Part shown: piece by piece, positions 1 through 8,443 of the stretch | How positions within the stretch are numbered: position 1 is the first letter of the stretch | Layout of the letters: each line of letters starts with the position of its first letter | NCBI GenBank assembly: GCA_009691465.1 | Contig: SICK01000003.1 | Span: 1 to 36,328, forward strand | DNA from: Candidatus Kaiserbacteria bacterium | GTDB taxonomy: Bacteria; Patescibacteriota; Minisyncoccia; Phycocordibacterales; SBAW01 | DNA length: 36,328 nt | Direction: 5' to 3' | The notes under the pieces: model-generated | Database searches by the model: none | Seen by the model: the letters and a program-made list of their open reading frames with translations, nothing else | What the model was told of the DNA's origin: nothing | Made by a program: the position numbers and the translations under genes

Positions 1-2904
1 GCCATCGATATCACGCGCGTCGTCGTCGACGCTATCGACCAAAAGTTCGGCAACACCGCGTTTATCCCTTCGGTCGAAGACATCCAGGACCTCGTCGAGA
101 TGGCGCTGATGGAGCGCAGCTATTTCGGGGTCGCCAAAGACTACATCATCTACCGCTACGAGCACACCAAAGCGCGGGAGGAAAAGCGTGCCGAAGTAGC
201 CGAAAAAATAGAGGAAAACCAGCTCCTTATCGTCAAACGCGGCGGAGCGAGAGAGCACTTTAGCGAGGCAAAGCTCACCCGCACGCTTATCCGTGCGTGC
301 GAGGGCTTTGAGCGCATCATCGACGTGCCGTCCGTCATCGGGCGTGTCACGCAGGAGATGTATGACGGCATCAAAACCAAGGACATCCACGATGTGCTCA
401 TCATGGTGGTGCGCTCGATGATTGAACGCGACCCGGCGTACAGTTTTGTGGCGGCGCGGCTGCTGCTGCAGCACATGTACCGCGAGGTTTTCGGCGAGGT
501 AGAAGACTACGCAAAATTGGAAGAGGCCCAAAAGATGGCTTTTGCCCGCACCATCGCGCGGGGTGTGCAACTGGGGCAGTTTGACCAACGGATGATGGAC
601 TTCGACCTCCCCGCACTCGCCGAGTCGCTCGAGTTGCGGCGCGACCGCGACTTTAAATATCTGGGCCTCCAGACGCTCCAAGCAAACTATCTTTCTAAAG
701 AGCACTCCGACCGCAAGTTGCTCGAGACCCCGCAGATATTCTGGATGCGGGTCGCCATGGGTTGTGCGCTGGTAGAGAAGACCCCGGAGGAGCGCCACCG
801 CCACGCGGTCGAGTTCTACGAGGTGATGTCCAGCATGTACTACACGCCGTCTTCCCCGACGCTCTACCACGCCGGCCTCGCACTCCCCCAGCTTTCGTCC
901 TGTTTCCTCTCCACCGTGCCGGACGACCTGCACGCTATTTTTGACGAGTTTAAAGACGGTGCACAACTGCTCAAGTACGCCGGCGGCCTCGGGATAGACT
1001 GGACCCCGGTGCGTGCTACCGGCTCGATGGTCAAAAAGACCGGCGTAGAAAGCCAGGGTGTCATCCCCTTTCTTAAAATCGCCAACGACGTCACCATATC
1101 AATCAACCGTTCGGGCCGCCGCCGCGGCGCCGCGGCGGTATACCTCGAGTACTGGCACCTCGATATAGAAGACTTCCTCGAGCTGCGCAAAAACACCGGC
1201 GACGAGCGAAGACGTGCCCATGACCTCAACACGGCGGTGTGGATACCCGACCTTTTTATGAAGCGCTTGCAGGAGGACGGCTACTGGACGCTGTTTAGCC
1301 CCTCCGACACGCCCGACCTCCACGAACTCTACGGCCGCAAGTTTGAAGCCGCATACCAAAAGTACGAACAGCAGGCCGAAGCAGGCACCTTGCCGCACCA
1401 CAAGCGCATCCGCGCCGCCGACTTGTGGCGCAAGCACCTGACCATGCTGTTTGAGTCGGGTCACCCGTGGATCACCTGGAAGGACCCGTCCAACATCCGT
1501 TCCCCCCAGGACCACTGCGGCGTGGTGCACAGCAGCAACCTCTGCACCGAGATTACGCTCAACACGTCTGCCACCGAAACGGCCGTCTGCAACCTCGGTT
1601 CTATCAACATGTCGAGTTTTGTGCGTGATGGAGCCTTTGACCGCGAGCTGGTGGCGCGTGTAGTGCCGGTCGCGATGCGCATGCTCGACAACGTTATCGA
1701 CGCCAACTACTACCCGACCACGAAGACACTCACTTCAAACATGAAGCACCGCCCGGTGGGGTTGGGTCTCCGCGGGCTTATGGATGCGCTCTACAAAATG
1801 AACATCAACTTTGACTCCGACGAAGCAGTGCGCTTCTCCGACGAGTCGATGGAGGCTATCAGCTATCACGCCATACTGTCTTCGGCCCTGCTCGCCAAAG
1901 AGCGCGGGACCTATGAGTCGTATAAAGGCTCCAAGTGGGACCGGGGCATCTTCCCCCAAGACACCATCGCACTCCTCGAGGCCGAGCGCGGGGTCAAAAT
2001 AGACGTGCCGCGCCACGAGACGCTGGAGTGGCGCTTGGTGCGCGAGGCGGTGCGGCAGTGGGGCATGCGCAACTCCAACACCATGGCCAACGCGCCGACG
2101 GCTTCGACCGCCAACATCGCCGGCTGCTACCCGACCATCGAGCCCATCTACAAAAACATTTATGTAAAGTCCAACATGGCGGGTGACTTTATGATCGTCA
2201 ACGAATTTTTGGTCGAGGACCTCAAAAAGCTGGGGCTCTGGAACGCCGATATGCTTGAGAAGATAAAGTTCTACGACGGCTCGGTACAAGAGATCATGGA
2301 GATCCCCCCGGCCCTGCGCGACAAATACAAAGAGGCGTTCGAAATAGAGCCGCAGTGGCTCATCAAGGCGGCCGCCTACCGCGGACGCTGGATAGACCAG
2401 TCGCAGTCGCTCAACCTCTTTTACAGCGGCACCTCCGGCAAAGTCCTCTCCGAAATCTACCAATACGCTTGGTCGTTGGGGCTCAAAACCACCTACTACC
2501 TGCGCACGATGGGCGCCAGCCGGATAGAAAAGTCCACGGTCAACATGGCCAAGTTCGGCACCACCACAAAAGCAGACGGCAGTAACTCATCCGTGGCGTC
2601 GAGTGTGATAGTGGAAGAGATGGTCGCCGTTGTGAGCCGCTCGGGGCTCGAGGCGTCGATGCAGTCGGTGCCCTCGCCGATGTCGGTGGGCGAGGTGGCG
2701 GCCATTGTCGAGGCCGAACAGGTGCGCGCCGGACAGATGGATCTTATAGAACTTGCTAAGAAAGCCCCTCTTGCCCCGCAGAGCCTTGGCGGCATGGGGG
2801 CGTATGAGTCAAAAGGTGTACCCCAGTTTGGCGAAAAGACCGTGATGCCCGTAGCCAACCGTGTAGAAATCGTGGGCGAAGTCTGCGAAAGCTGTAGCGC
2901 GTAG
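1..2904 (+). CDS. nrdA: ribonucleoside-diphosphate reductase large (alpha) subunit, class I; 5' end outside the window
   Basis: Frame 1 is open from nt 1 (AIDITRVVVD...DLVEMALMERSYFGVAKDYIIYRYEH, the end of an ATP-cone), so the listed Met at 100 is internal. A second ATP-cone-like start follows (LLIVKRGGAREHFSEAKL). Core motifs SSCFLS, NLCTEI, AVCNLGSIN and TYYLRT are present, plus the C-terminal redox pair CESCSA. Stop at 2902-2904. Confidence 0.95.
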   Translation, partial: AIDITRVVVDAIDQKFGNTAFIPSVEDIQDLVEMALMERSYFGVAKDYIIYRYEHTKAREEKRAEVAEKIEENQLLIVKRGGAREHFSEAKLTRTLIRACEGFERIIDVPSVIGRVTQEMYDGIKTKDIHDVLIMVVRSMIERDPAYSFVAARLLLQHMYREVFGEVEDYAKLEEAQKMAFARTIARGVQLGQFDQRMMDFDLPALAESLELRRDRDFKYLGLQTLQANYLSKEHSDRKLLETPQIFWMRVAMGCALVEKTPEERHRHAVEFYEVMSSMYYTPSSPTLYHAGLALPQLSSCFLSTVPDDLHAIFDEFKDGAQLLKYAGGLGIDWTPVRATGSMVKKTGVESQGVIPFLKIANDVTISINRSGRRRGAAAVYLEYWHLDIEDFLELRKNTGDERRRAHDLNTAVWIPDLFMKRLQEDGYWTLFSPSDTPDLHELYGRKFEAAYQKYEQQAEAGTLPHHKRIRAADLWRKHLTMLFESGHPWITWKDPSNIRSPQDHCGVVHSSNLCTEITLNTSATETAVCNLGSINMSSFVRDGAFDRELVARVVPVAMRMLDNVIDANYYPTTKTLTSNMKHRPVGLGLRGLMDALYKMNINFDSDEAVRFSDESMEAISYHAILSSALLAKERGTYESYKGSKWDRGIFPQDTIALLEAERGVKIDVPRHETLEWRLVREAVRQWGMRNSNTMANAPTASTANIAGCYPTIEPIYKNIYVKSNMAGDFMIVNEFLVEDLKKLGLWNADMLEKIKFYDGSVQEIMEIPPALRDKYKEAFEIEPQWLIKAAAYRGRWIDQSQSLNLFYSGTSGKVLSEIYQYAWSLGLKTTYYLRTMGASRIEKSTVNMAKFGTTTKADGSNSSVASSVIVEEMVAVVSRSGLEASMQSVPSPMSVGEVAAIVEAEQVRAGQMDLIELAKKAPLAPQSLGGMGAYESKGVPQFGEKTVMPVANRVEIVGEVCESCSA

Positions 2905-2920
2905 TAACCTATAAAAAATA

Positions 2921-2956
2921 AAAAGGCCCCGGTAGTGATAGGCTCGGGGCCTTTTA
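2921..2956. terminator. bidirectional intrinsic terminator between nrdA and the cupin gene
   Basis: AAAAAGGCCCCG-gtagtgataggct-CGGGGCCTTTT. The 7-bp GC stem (2925-2931 / 2945-2951) is flanked by an A-run on one side and a T-run on the other, between convergent stop codons. Confidence 0.75.
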
Positions 2957-2957
2957 A

Positions 2958-3500
2958 CTACGCGGGGCGCTTGAGGGGAGTCAGACTTGCTACCCGATGC
3001 TGCATCTGTCGGAACTCATCCTCGGAGCAGACATCTTGGAGTGCCGGATCGCGCGAGAACGGGTTCCGTTTGACCTCGGCGAAGTGGACCCCGAGCTCTC
3101 CCACACGGAACGTGTGGAGGACCCAGGGCGGGATAGTGAGCACCTGCGGTTGGCCGGCGAGCACTTCGACGTGCACCACGCGGGTTTTACCCCAGAGGTC
3201 CTCGAGCTCGACCCGTGCGCTCCCGAGGAAGAACAGGATCTGCTCGGGGTTTCTGTCGGGGTCGCCGGGGTTGTCCCCGCGGTGGCAGTGGCCGCCGCAG
3301 ACCTCGCCCGGCAGCCGATAGTAGTAGGTAGACTGCGGGTTATCGAAGAGTATCCCCGGCCTCTGCTCTCCATAGGGAGCTTCCCACGGGCGGAACTCAA
3401 ACGTCCGTCTCCCCCGTGCGTTGGTGGCGTTGGCAACCGGGAGCCTCGCAAGCACAACGTAACCCACACTTCCGGCAGTCGCCGGTGCTTTGTCAGACAT
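2958..3500 (-). CDS. RmlC-like cupin domain protein (function unknown)
   Basis: 180-aa ORF with the cupin-like pattern GGHCHRG...EQILFFLGSARVELEDLWG...VLAGQPQVLTIPPWVLHTF. It ends at the bidirectional terminator. TATAGA lies 4 nt upstream of the ATG, suggesting a leaderless start. Two other overlapping ORFs have no recognisable motifs. Confidence 0.6.
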   Translation of the reverse strand: MSDKAPATAGSVGYVVLARLPVANATNARGRRTFEFRPWEAPYGEQRPGILFDNPQSTYYYRLPGEVCGGHCHRGDNPGDPDRNPEQILFFLGSARVELEDLWGKTRVVHVEVLAGQPQVLTIPPWVLHTFRVGELGVHFAEVKRNPFSRDPALQDVCSEDEFRQMQHRVASLTPLKRPA

Positions 3501-3612
3501 TGGTCTATACCTTCTTGCTGGAACAGTTTACTGGTATACAAAATACCCTGCTACTTGGCGAGTGTCAATCCCTACCGCTGCCGCTAAAGCTGTTTTTTGG
3601 TATGCAGTTCCC

Positions 3613-3642
3613 TTGCCTATCTTCATGTAGGAGCGGCATAAT
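3613..3642 (+). promoter_or_regulatory. putative sigma-70 promoter of nrdB
   Basis: TTGCCT (3613-3618), 18-nt spacer, CATAAT (3637-3642). The nrdB ATG is only 9 nt downstream. Confidence 0.35.
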
Positions 3643-3651
3643 GAGAGACCT

Positions 3652-4644
3652 ATGGGAGTAATAAATGGAGGAGCCAGCACCGACCCGAACAAGATTTTGC
3701 CGATGAAGTATGCGTGGGCGCGCACGCACTACAAAAAGGGCGTGGCCAACAATTGGGTGCCCGAAGAGGTCTCGATGCAGCAGGACGTCGAACTCTGGAA
3801 GAAGCCGGGTGCACTAAGCGAGGACGAACGCCGCATGATTATGTGGAACCTCGGCTTCTTTTCTACCGCGGAGTCTTTGACCGCCAATAACATCGTGATG
3901 GCGATTTACCGCCATATCACCAACCCCGAGTGCCGCCAATACCTCCTGCGCCAGGCGTACGAGGAGGCCGTGCACACCGACACGTTTATCTACTCCTGCG
4001 ACACGCTCGCGCTCGACCCGGAGGAAATCTACAACATGTACCAGACTATCCCCTCTATTAAAGAGAAGGACGATTTTGTGGTGGAGATGACCAAGTCGGT
4101 GTTCGACCCCAACTTCTCGACCGCCGGCACAGAGAACATCCAAAAGTTCGTCCACGACCTGGTGGGCTACTACGTTATCATGGAGGGCATCTTCTTTTAT
4201 GCTGGGTTTGCGATGATGCTGAGCATGCTGCGCAAGAACCGGATGGTCGGCGTGGGCGAGCAGTTTCAATTTATTTTGCGGGATGAGTCGGTGCACCTCG
4301 CCTTCGGCGCCGACCTCATCAACACGATTGTGGCGGAGAACCCGGACATCTGGACGCCCGAGTTTAAAAAAGACCTGACCGAAAAGATAAAGCGCGGCGT
4401 CGAGCTCGAAAAGAAGTACGCCGACGACGCCATGCCGCGCGGTGTAGTGGGGCTTGCACCCGCCAGCGTAAAGCAGTACGTCGAGCACATCGCCGACCGC
4501 CGGCTGGAGCGCATCGGGCTGGAGCGCCAGTATCACAAAGACAACCCCTTCCCCTGGATGTCCGAGATCATGGATATGCCGAAAGAAAAAAACTTCTTCG
4601 AAACCCGCGTCACCGAGTACAAAACCGGAGAACTCGACTGGTAA
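3652..4644 (+). CDS. nrdB: ribonucleotide reductase small (beta) subunit, class Ic-like (Phe at the radical-Tyr site)
   Basis: Ferritin-like R2 motifs: GFFSTAESL, YEEAVHTDTF, MEGIFFYAGF, ILRDESVHLAFG and the C-terminal NPFPWMSE...KEKNFFETRVTEY. By recollection it is strongly similar to Chlamydia trachomatis R2c. Confidence 0.95.
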   Translation: MGVINGGASTDPNKILPMKYAWARTHYKKGVANNWVPEEVSMQQDVELWKKPGALSEDERRMIMWNLGFFSTAESLTANNIVMAIYRHITNPECRQYLLRQAYEEAVHTDTFIYSCDTLALDPEEIYNMYQTIPSIKEKDDFVVEMTKSVFDPNFSTAGTENIQKFVHDLVGYYVIMEGIFFYAGFAMMLSMLRKNRMVGVGEQFQFILRDESVHLAFGADLINTIVAENPDIWTPEFKKDLTEKIKRGVELEKKYADDAMPRGVVGLAPASVKQYVEHIADRRLERIGLERQYHKDNPFPWMSEIMDMPKEKNFFETRVTEYKTGELDW

Positions 4645-4672
4645 GAAAAAACCCCGCCGAGGCGGGGTTCAG
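4645..4672 (-). terminator. intrinsic terminator, strongest on the minus strand; the hairpin is shared with the nrdB 3' end
   Basis: The minus strand reads TGA-ACCCCGCC-tc-GGCGGGGT-TTTTTCTTAC immediately after the stop of the 106-aa ORF. On the plus strand the same hairpin follows the nrdB stop but has only a short T-run. Confidence 0.7.
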
Positions 4673-4989
4673 ATACCGAAGAACTCGTTCGGCAGGCCGG
4701 TGCGGTTGCGGGCCTCGAACGTGAGACCGCGTGCTACGGCCGCCGCGCGGAAGAACTCGATCGTCGCCTCAACATGCAGCGCTTCGCACTCGAGCTCCAA
4801 CTGCACAAAGGCATCGACGCACTCCAGCGCGGTGACTTTGAACCGCTGTGGCTTGATCGAGAAAAAATCCCCCATGACGAGGAATATTTCCAGCTTGAGC
4901 ACCCCCAGCGTGCGCTGGCGGAGTCCCTGGTCTTCGAGTTCAAACGCGAACGGTGCCGGCTTGGCCCGTTCCAGAGCGACCACTCCCAT
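4669..4989 (-). CDS. hypothetical protein (106 aa)
   Basis: It fills the gap downstream of truB on the same strand and ends directly at a canonical minus-strand terminator. No recognisable motif. Competing plus-strand ORFs lack any signals. Confidence 0.45.
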   Translation of the reverse strand: MGVVALERAKPAPFAFELEDQGLRQRTLGVLKLEIFLVMGDFFSIKPQRFKVTALECVDAFVQLELECEALHVEATIEFFRAAAVARGLTFEARNRTGLPNEFFGI

Positions 4990-5033
4990 AGCACATCCCT
5001 CCTCTGCTGTGCAAACTGGGCTAGTTATAGCAA

Positions 5034-5840
5034 TTACTTGAGCGATTTGTCAACAGAATAATCCCCAACTTTGGTGCGCAGGATATGGAGCGCGAGTGCC
5101 GGGCACCCAAGCTCGACCCCCAACCCGTGGGCGATCGAGCGCGCATAGGTGCCGCTGGTGCACTCGATGTGCACGGTCGCTGCGGGGAAGCTGCGGTCCC
5201 CATCCTTTTTGAGATGCCGCTTCCAAAGCCGCAGGACCTCTTCTTGCCGAAAGTCGCCCGTCACGCGCGCGACCCCGTCTTCTATATAGTCGAGCAGCAC
5301 TGCCTCCGGCACTTTGTACATCTTTTCGATATCGATGTGGTGGATGGTGACCGAGCGGCTCGGCATCACCAAAGCGCTCAAGGCATTGTTGCGCGCCCAC
5401 TCAAACAGCGACTTGCCTTCCACCGTCTTGCTCGAGTACGGCGGATACTCCTGCTCAATGTGTCCTCTAAATTCGTTGAGCCCTTTTTGCACGGCCTCGC
5501 GTGTCACGGCGCTCGAGTCGCCGGTCTCCATCACGCGGCCCAAGACGTCGTACGTGTCGGTAGAAAATCCAAACAGTATGTCGAGCGTATATTCTTTCGA
5601 CAGCTCCAAATACGCTTCCCGGCGTTTGTTGGCCGAGCCGACCAAGCAGAGCATCACCCCCTCGGCCATCGGGTCGAGCCGGCCGGCGTACGAGAGCACC
5701 TCGTGCTCGTAGTGGGGCTTTTGCACCCGCAACCTCTCCAGACGCTCGCGCGGCGTCTCGCCCAGTTGTTTGTATAAGTTAAGGACCGCTCCTGCCGTGC
5801 TCTTTTTGTTTCGGGCATCCATGTTCAGTAGTTCCGCCAT
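5034..5840 (-). CDS. truB: tRNA pseudouridine(55) synthase
   Basis: Motifs GRLDPMAEGV (catalytic Asp), YPPYSSKTV and CTSGTYARS. Confidence 0.9.
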   Translation of the reverse strand: MAELLNMDARNKKSTAGAVLNLYKQLGETPRERLERLRVQKPHYEHEVLSYAGRLDPMAEGVMLCLVGSANKRREAYLELSKEYTLDILFGFSTDTYDVLGRVMETGDSSAVTREAVQKGLNEFRGHIEQEYPPYSSKTVEGKSLFEWARNNALSALVMPSRSVTIHHIDIEKMYKVPEAVLLDYIEDGVARVTGDFRQEEVLRLWKRHLKKDGDRSFPAATVHIECTSGTYARSIAHGLGVELGCPALALHILRTKVGDYSVDKSLK

Positions 5841-5869
5841 TTCTGTTAGAATACCTGCATACTACCCGT

Positions 5870-7108
5870 ATGTCCAAAAAACTGTCTACCGAGTCTTACA
5901 AAGGCGTGCGCGACTTCTATCCGGAGGATCAGGCCCTGCTCAACTATTTGTGTGCAACGATGCGCAGTGTCGTCGAGCGCGTCGGCTATGTCGAGTACCA
6001 CGCGTCCATACTCGAGCCCTCGGAGCTGTATAAATCCAAAGGCGCCGACAACGAAGAGATCATCAACGACCAGTCGTACACGTTTACCGACCGCGGTGGC
6101 CGCGAGGTGACCCTGCGGCCCGAGATGACCCCCACCGTGGCGCGCATGGTCGCGGCGAGGCGCCGCGAGCTCGGATTCCCCCTGCGGCTCTACTCTATCC
6201 CCAACGTATTCCGCTACGAGCGGCCGCAGCGCGGGCGCCTGCGCGAGCACTGGCAACTCAACGTGGACTTGTTTGGCTCGCGCTCCGCGGCGGCTGACGC
6301 AGAAGTCATCGCGGTCGCGTACGGTTTGATGCTGGCGTTCGGCGCGCGCGAGAGCGACTTTGTCATCAAGGTCGGCAGTCGCACACACATCAACAGCATC
6401 GCACAGGATCACCGGCTGGACGATGCACAAACCAAAAAACTGCTGGGGCTCTTGGACCGCAAAGACAAAATATCTGAAACTGATTTTGATACGGGCCTGC
6501 GCGAGCTTGGGGTCAACAAGTCGGTGCTCTCGCCGAGCAACGTGCCGGAGGACATAGCAAAGATGCTCCAGGACTTCGGCGAGGCAGGCATCAACAATAT
6601 CCTCTACGACCCCACCGTAGTGCGTGGTTTCGCCTACTATACTGGCACCGTGTTCGAGGTGTTTGACACGCACCCGGACAACAACCGTGCGCTCTTTGGC
6701 GGGGGCCGCTACGACAACCTGACTGCCCTGTTTGACGACGAAGCTCTGCCGGGGGTGGGCTTCGGCATGGGCGACGTGACCATCAAGGACTTTCTATCGG
6801 TGCGGGGCCTCCTGCCGCCCTATACGCCCTCTACACAGGTCTACCTGGCGGTAGTCGCCCCGGAGCTCGCTCTGCGCGCACAGACGCTTGCGGGGGCCCT
6901 GCGCCGGGCGGGGGTCAACGTGGCGGTCGACTTCGGCGAGAAAAAGCTCGGCGACCAGATTAAGACCGCCGGCAAGCACAAAATCCCCTGGCTCGTGGTG
7001 GTGGGCGAGGACGAGCTTGCTTCGGGGACTTTTAAGGTCAAAAATCTGGAGACGGGGGCCGAAGAGCCGGTGGCCGAAGCCGACCTCCCCGCCTATTTTA
7101 AAAAATGA
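5870..7108 (+). CDS. hisS: histidine--tRNA ligase
   Basis: Class II aaRS motifs: RPEMTPTVARM, FRYERPQRGRLREHWQ, GGGRYDNL, and a C-terminal anticodon-binding domain. Divergent from truB across only 29 nt. Confidence 0.95.
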   Translation: MSKKLSTESYKGVRDFYPEDQALLNYLCATMRSVVERVGYVEYHASILEPSELYKSKGADNEEIINDQSYTFTDRGGREVTLRPEMTPTVARMVAARRRELGFPLRLYSIPNVFRYERPQRGRLREHWQLNVDLFGSRSAAADAEVIAVAYGLMLAFGARESDFVIKVGSRTHINSIAQDHRLDDAQTKKLLGLLDRKDKISETDFDTGLRELGVNKSVLSPSNVPEDIAKMLQDFGEAGINNILYDPTVVRGFAYYTGTVFEVFDTHPDNNRALFGGGRYDNLTALFDDEALPGVGFGMGDVTIKDFLSVRGLLPPYTPSTQVYLAVVAPELALRAQTLAGALRRAGVNVAVDFGEKKLGDQIKTAGKHKIPWLVVVGEDELASGTFKVKNLETGAEEPVAEADLPAYFKK

Positions 7109-7677
7109 AGCGCATTACCTTCGATATAGAAACGGAAGGCGACTTCCGGACTAACGGCGACTTTTCTAACCTCGAGGTGACGGTCGTCGGCGTGCATGAC
7201 AGCGAGACCGGCACACTGAGCGCTTTTTATAAAGAAGAGTTGCCGAAGCTCTGGCCGGTTTTGGAGAGCGCGGACATCATCGTCGGTTACAACTCCGACC
7301 ACTTCGACATCCCTATTTTGGCAAAATATTACGCCGGCGATCTCGGCAAAATAAAAAGCATCGACCTGCTGAAAGAAATCAAAAATGTTTTGGGCCGCCG
7401 ATTGAAGCTCGACAATGTGGCCGGCGCAACATTGGGCCGCAATAAAACATCCGACGGGCTCGAGGCGGTCAAATGGTGGGCCCAAGGATTGAAGGAAAAG
7501 GTCCGCGACTACTGCCTCGCCGATGTGGCTATCACCAACGACCTCTACGAGTACGCGCGCAAGCACGGCAGCCTCAAATACCGCGACTACGACGGCGTCC
7601 GCGAAATCAAGCTGGACACCAGTGCGTGGGAAGAAATCGAAGACTCTCCTGCCCTGACCCACACCCTCCCATTTTGA
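7105..7677 (+). CDS. DEDDy-type 3'-5' exonuclease (RNase H-like fold, PolB-exonuclease-like)
   Basis: ExoI FDIETEG, ExoII GYNSDHFDIPIL, ExoIII YCLADVAITNDLYEY (YxxxD). Its ATG overlaps the hisS stop (ATGA). Confidence 0.75.
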   Translation: MKRITFDIETEGDFRTNGDFSNLEVTVVGVHDSETGTLSAFYKEELPKLWPVLESADIIVGYNSDHFDIPILAKYYAGDLGKIKSIDLLKEIKNVLGRRLKLDNVAGATLGRNKTSDGLEAVKWWAQGLKEKVRDYCLADVAITNDLYEYARKHGSLKYRDYDGVREIKLDTSAWEEIEDSPALTHTLPF

Positions 7678-7703
7678 CTTGTCTTTTTAAACATTGGTAT
7701 ACT
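7674..7703 (+). promoter_or_regulatory. sigma-70-like promoter giving a leaderless or near-leaderless transcript for the DsbA-like gene
   Basis: TTGACT (7674-7679), 18-nt spacer, TATACT (7698-7703). The ATG at 7712 is 8 nt downstream of the -10. Confidence 0.5.
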
Positions 7704-7711
7704 GGCCCCAT

Positions 7712-8434
7712 ATGAACTCAAATTACGTACTTCCCATTACTATCGTCGTTGCAGGGGCGTTGATCGCTGGTGCGGTATTTTTGGCCGGTAAAAGCGCAAC
7801 ACCGACGGGCGGGACCGACAAACCCATCACCGTACGCGAGTATACGGCGGGCGTAGACCACATCCTTGGCAACCCCAACGCGATGGTCAAAGTGGTCGAA
7901 TATATGGACCTCGAGTGCCCACACTGCAAGACCTTTAACACAACGATGCACCAAATTATGAGCTACTACGGCAAGTCCGGCAACGTCGCTTGGGTACAGC
8001 GCGCCTTCCCGCTGACTACCATCCACACCAAGGCGCTCCAAGAAGCCCATGCCGCAGAATGCGCGGCAGACCAAGGGGGCGACACCGCGTACTTTGCCTA
8101 CACCGACAAGGTGTTCGAAATAAGCCCCTCGGACAACGGGCTCGACCTCGCACAACTCCCCGTCATCGCCAAAGACATCGGGCTTGATGTAGCCAAGTTC
8201 AACACCTGCCAGAGCTCGGGCAAGTTCACCAAAAAAATCACCGCGAGCTACGACGAGGCCATCAAAGCGGGTGCGCAAGGAACACCCTTTACGCTCCTGA
8301 TGGTCGGCAAGGACTCGATTGAGCTCTCCGGCAACCAGCCGTATGAGTCTATGCGCGCCGCTATCGACGCCGTCCTCTCGGACAGTGGTGCTTCTGCAAC
8401 CCCTGCTGCCACCGGCACCACTACTACTCCGTAG
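7712..8434 (+). CDS. DsbA-family thiol:disulfide oxidoreductase, membrane-anchored
   Basis: N-terminal TM helix (LPITIVVAGALIAGAVFLAG) and a CPHC active site in a thioredoxin-fold context (VEYMDLECPHCKTF...GTPFTLL). The track start at 7694 is a TTG overlapping the -10 box, so the ATG at 7712 is preferred. Confidence 0.85.
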   Translation: MNSNYVLPITIVVAGALIAGAVFLAGKSATPTGGTDKPITVREYTAGVDHILGNPNAMVKVVEYMDLECPHCKTFNTTMHQIMSYYGKSGNVAWVQRAFPLTTIHTKALQEAHAAECAADQGGDTAYFAYTDKVFEISPSDNGLDLAQLPVIAKDIGLDVAKFNTCQSSGKFTKKITASYDEAIKAGAQGTPFTLLMVGKDSIELSGNQPYESMRAAIDAVLSDSGASATPAATGTTTTP

Positions 8435-8443
8435 CTAGAGCAA

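Noticed and set aside
2990-3587. Alternative ORFs in the nrdA-nrdB spacer (183 aa minus strand, 196 aa plus strand).
   Set aside because: Their products are Arg/Ser/Pro-rich and low-complexity with no motifs. The 2958-3500 frame has a cupin-like pattern and matches the terminator and promoter geometry.
7694-7711. Track-predicted TTG start for the DsbA-like gene (and similarly the TTG starts at 22020 and 30627).
   Set aside because: The TTG at 7694 overlaps the -10 box of the gene's own promoter. In-frame ATGs a few codons downstream (7712, 22002, 30582) give sensible N-termini (a TM helix, MKITVCGS and MDPQQ... respectively).
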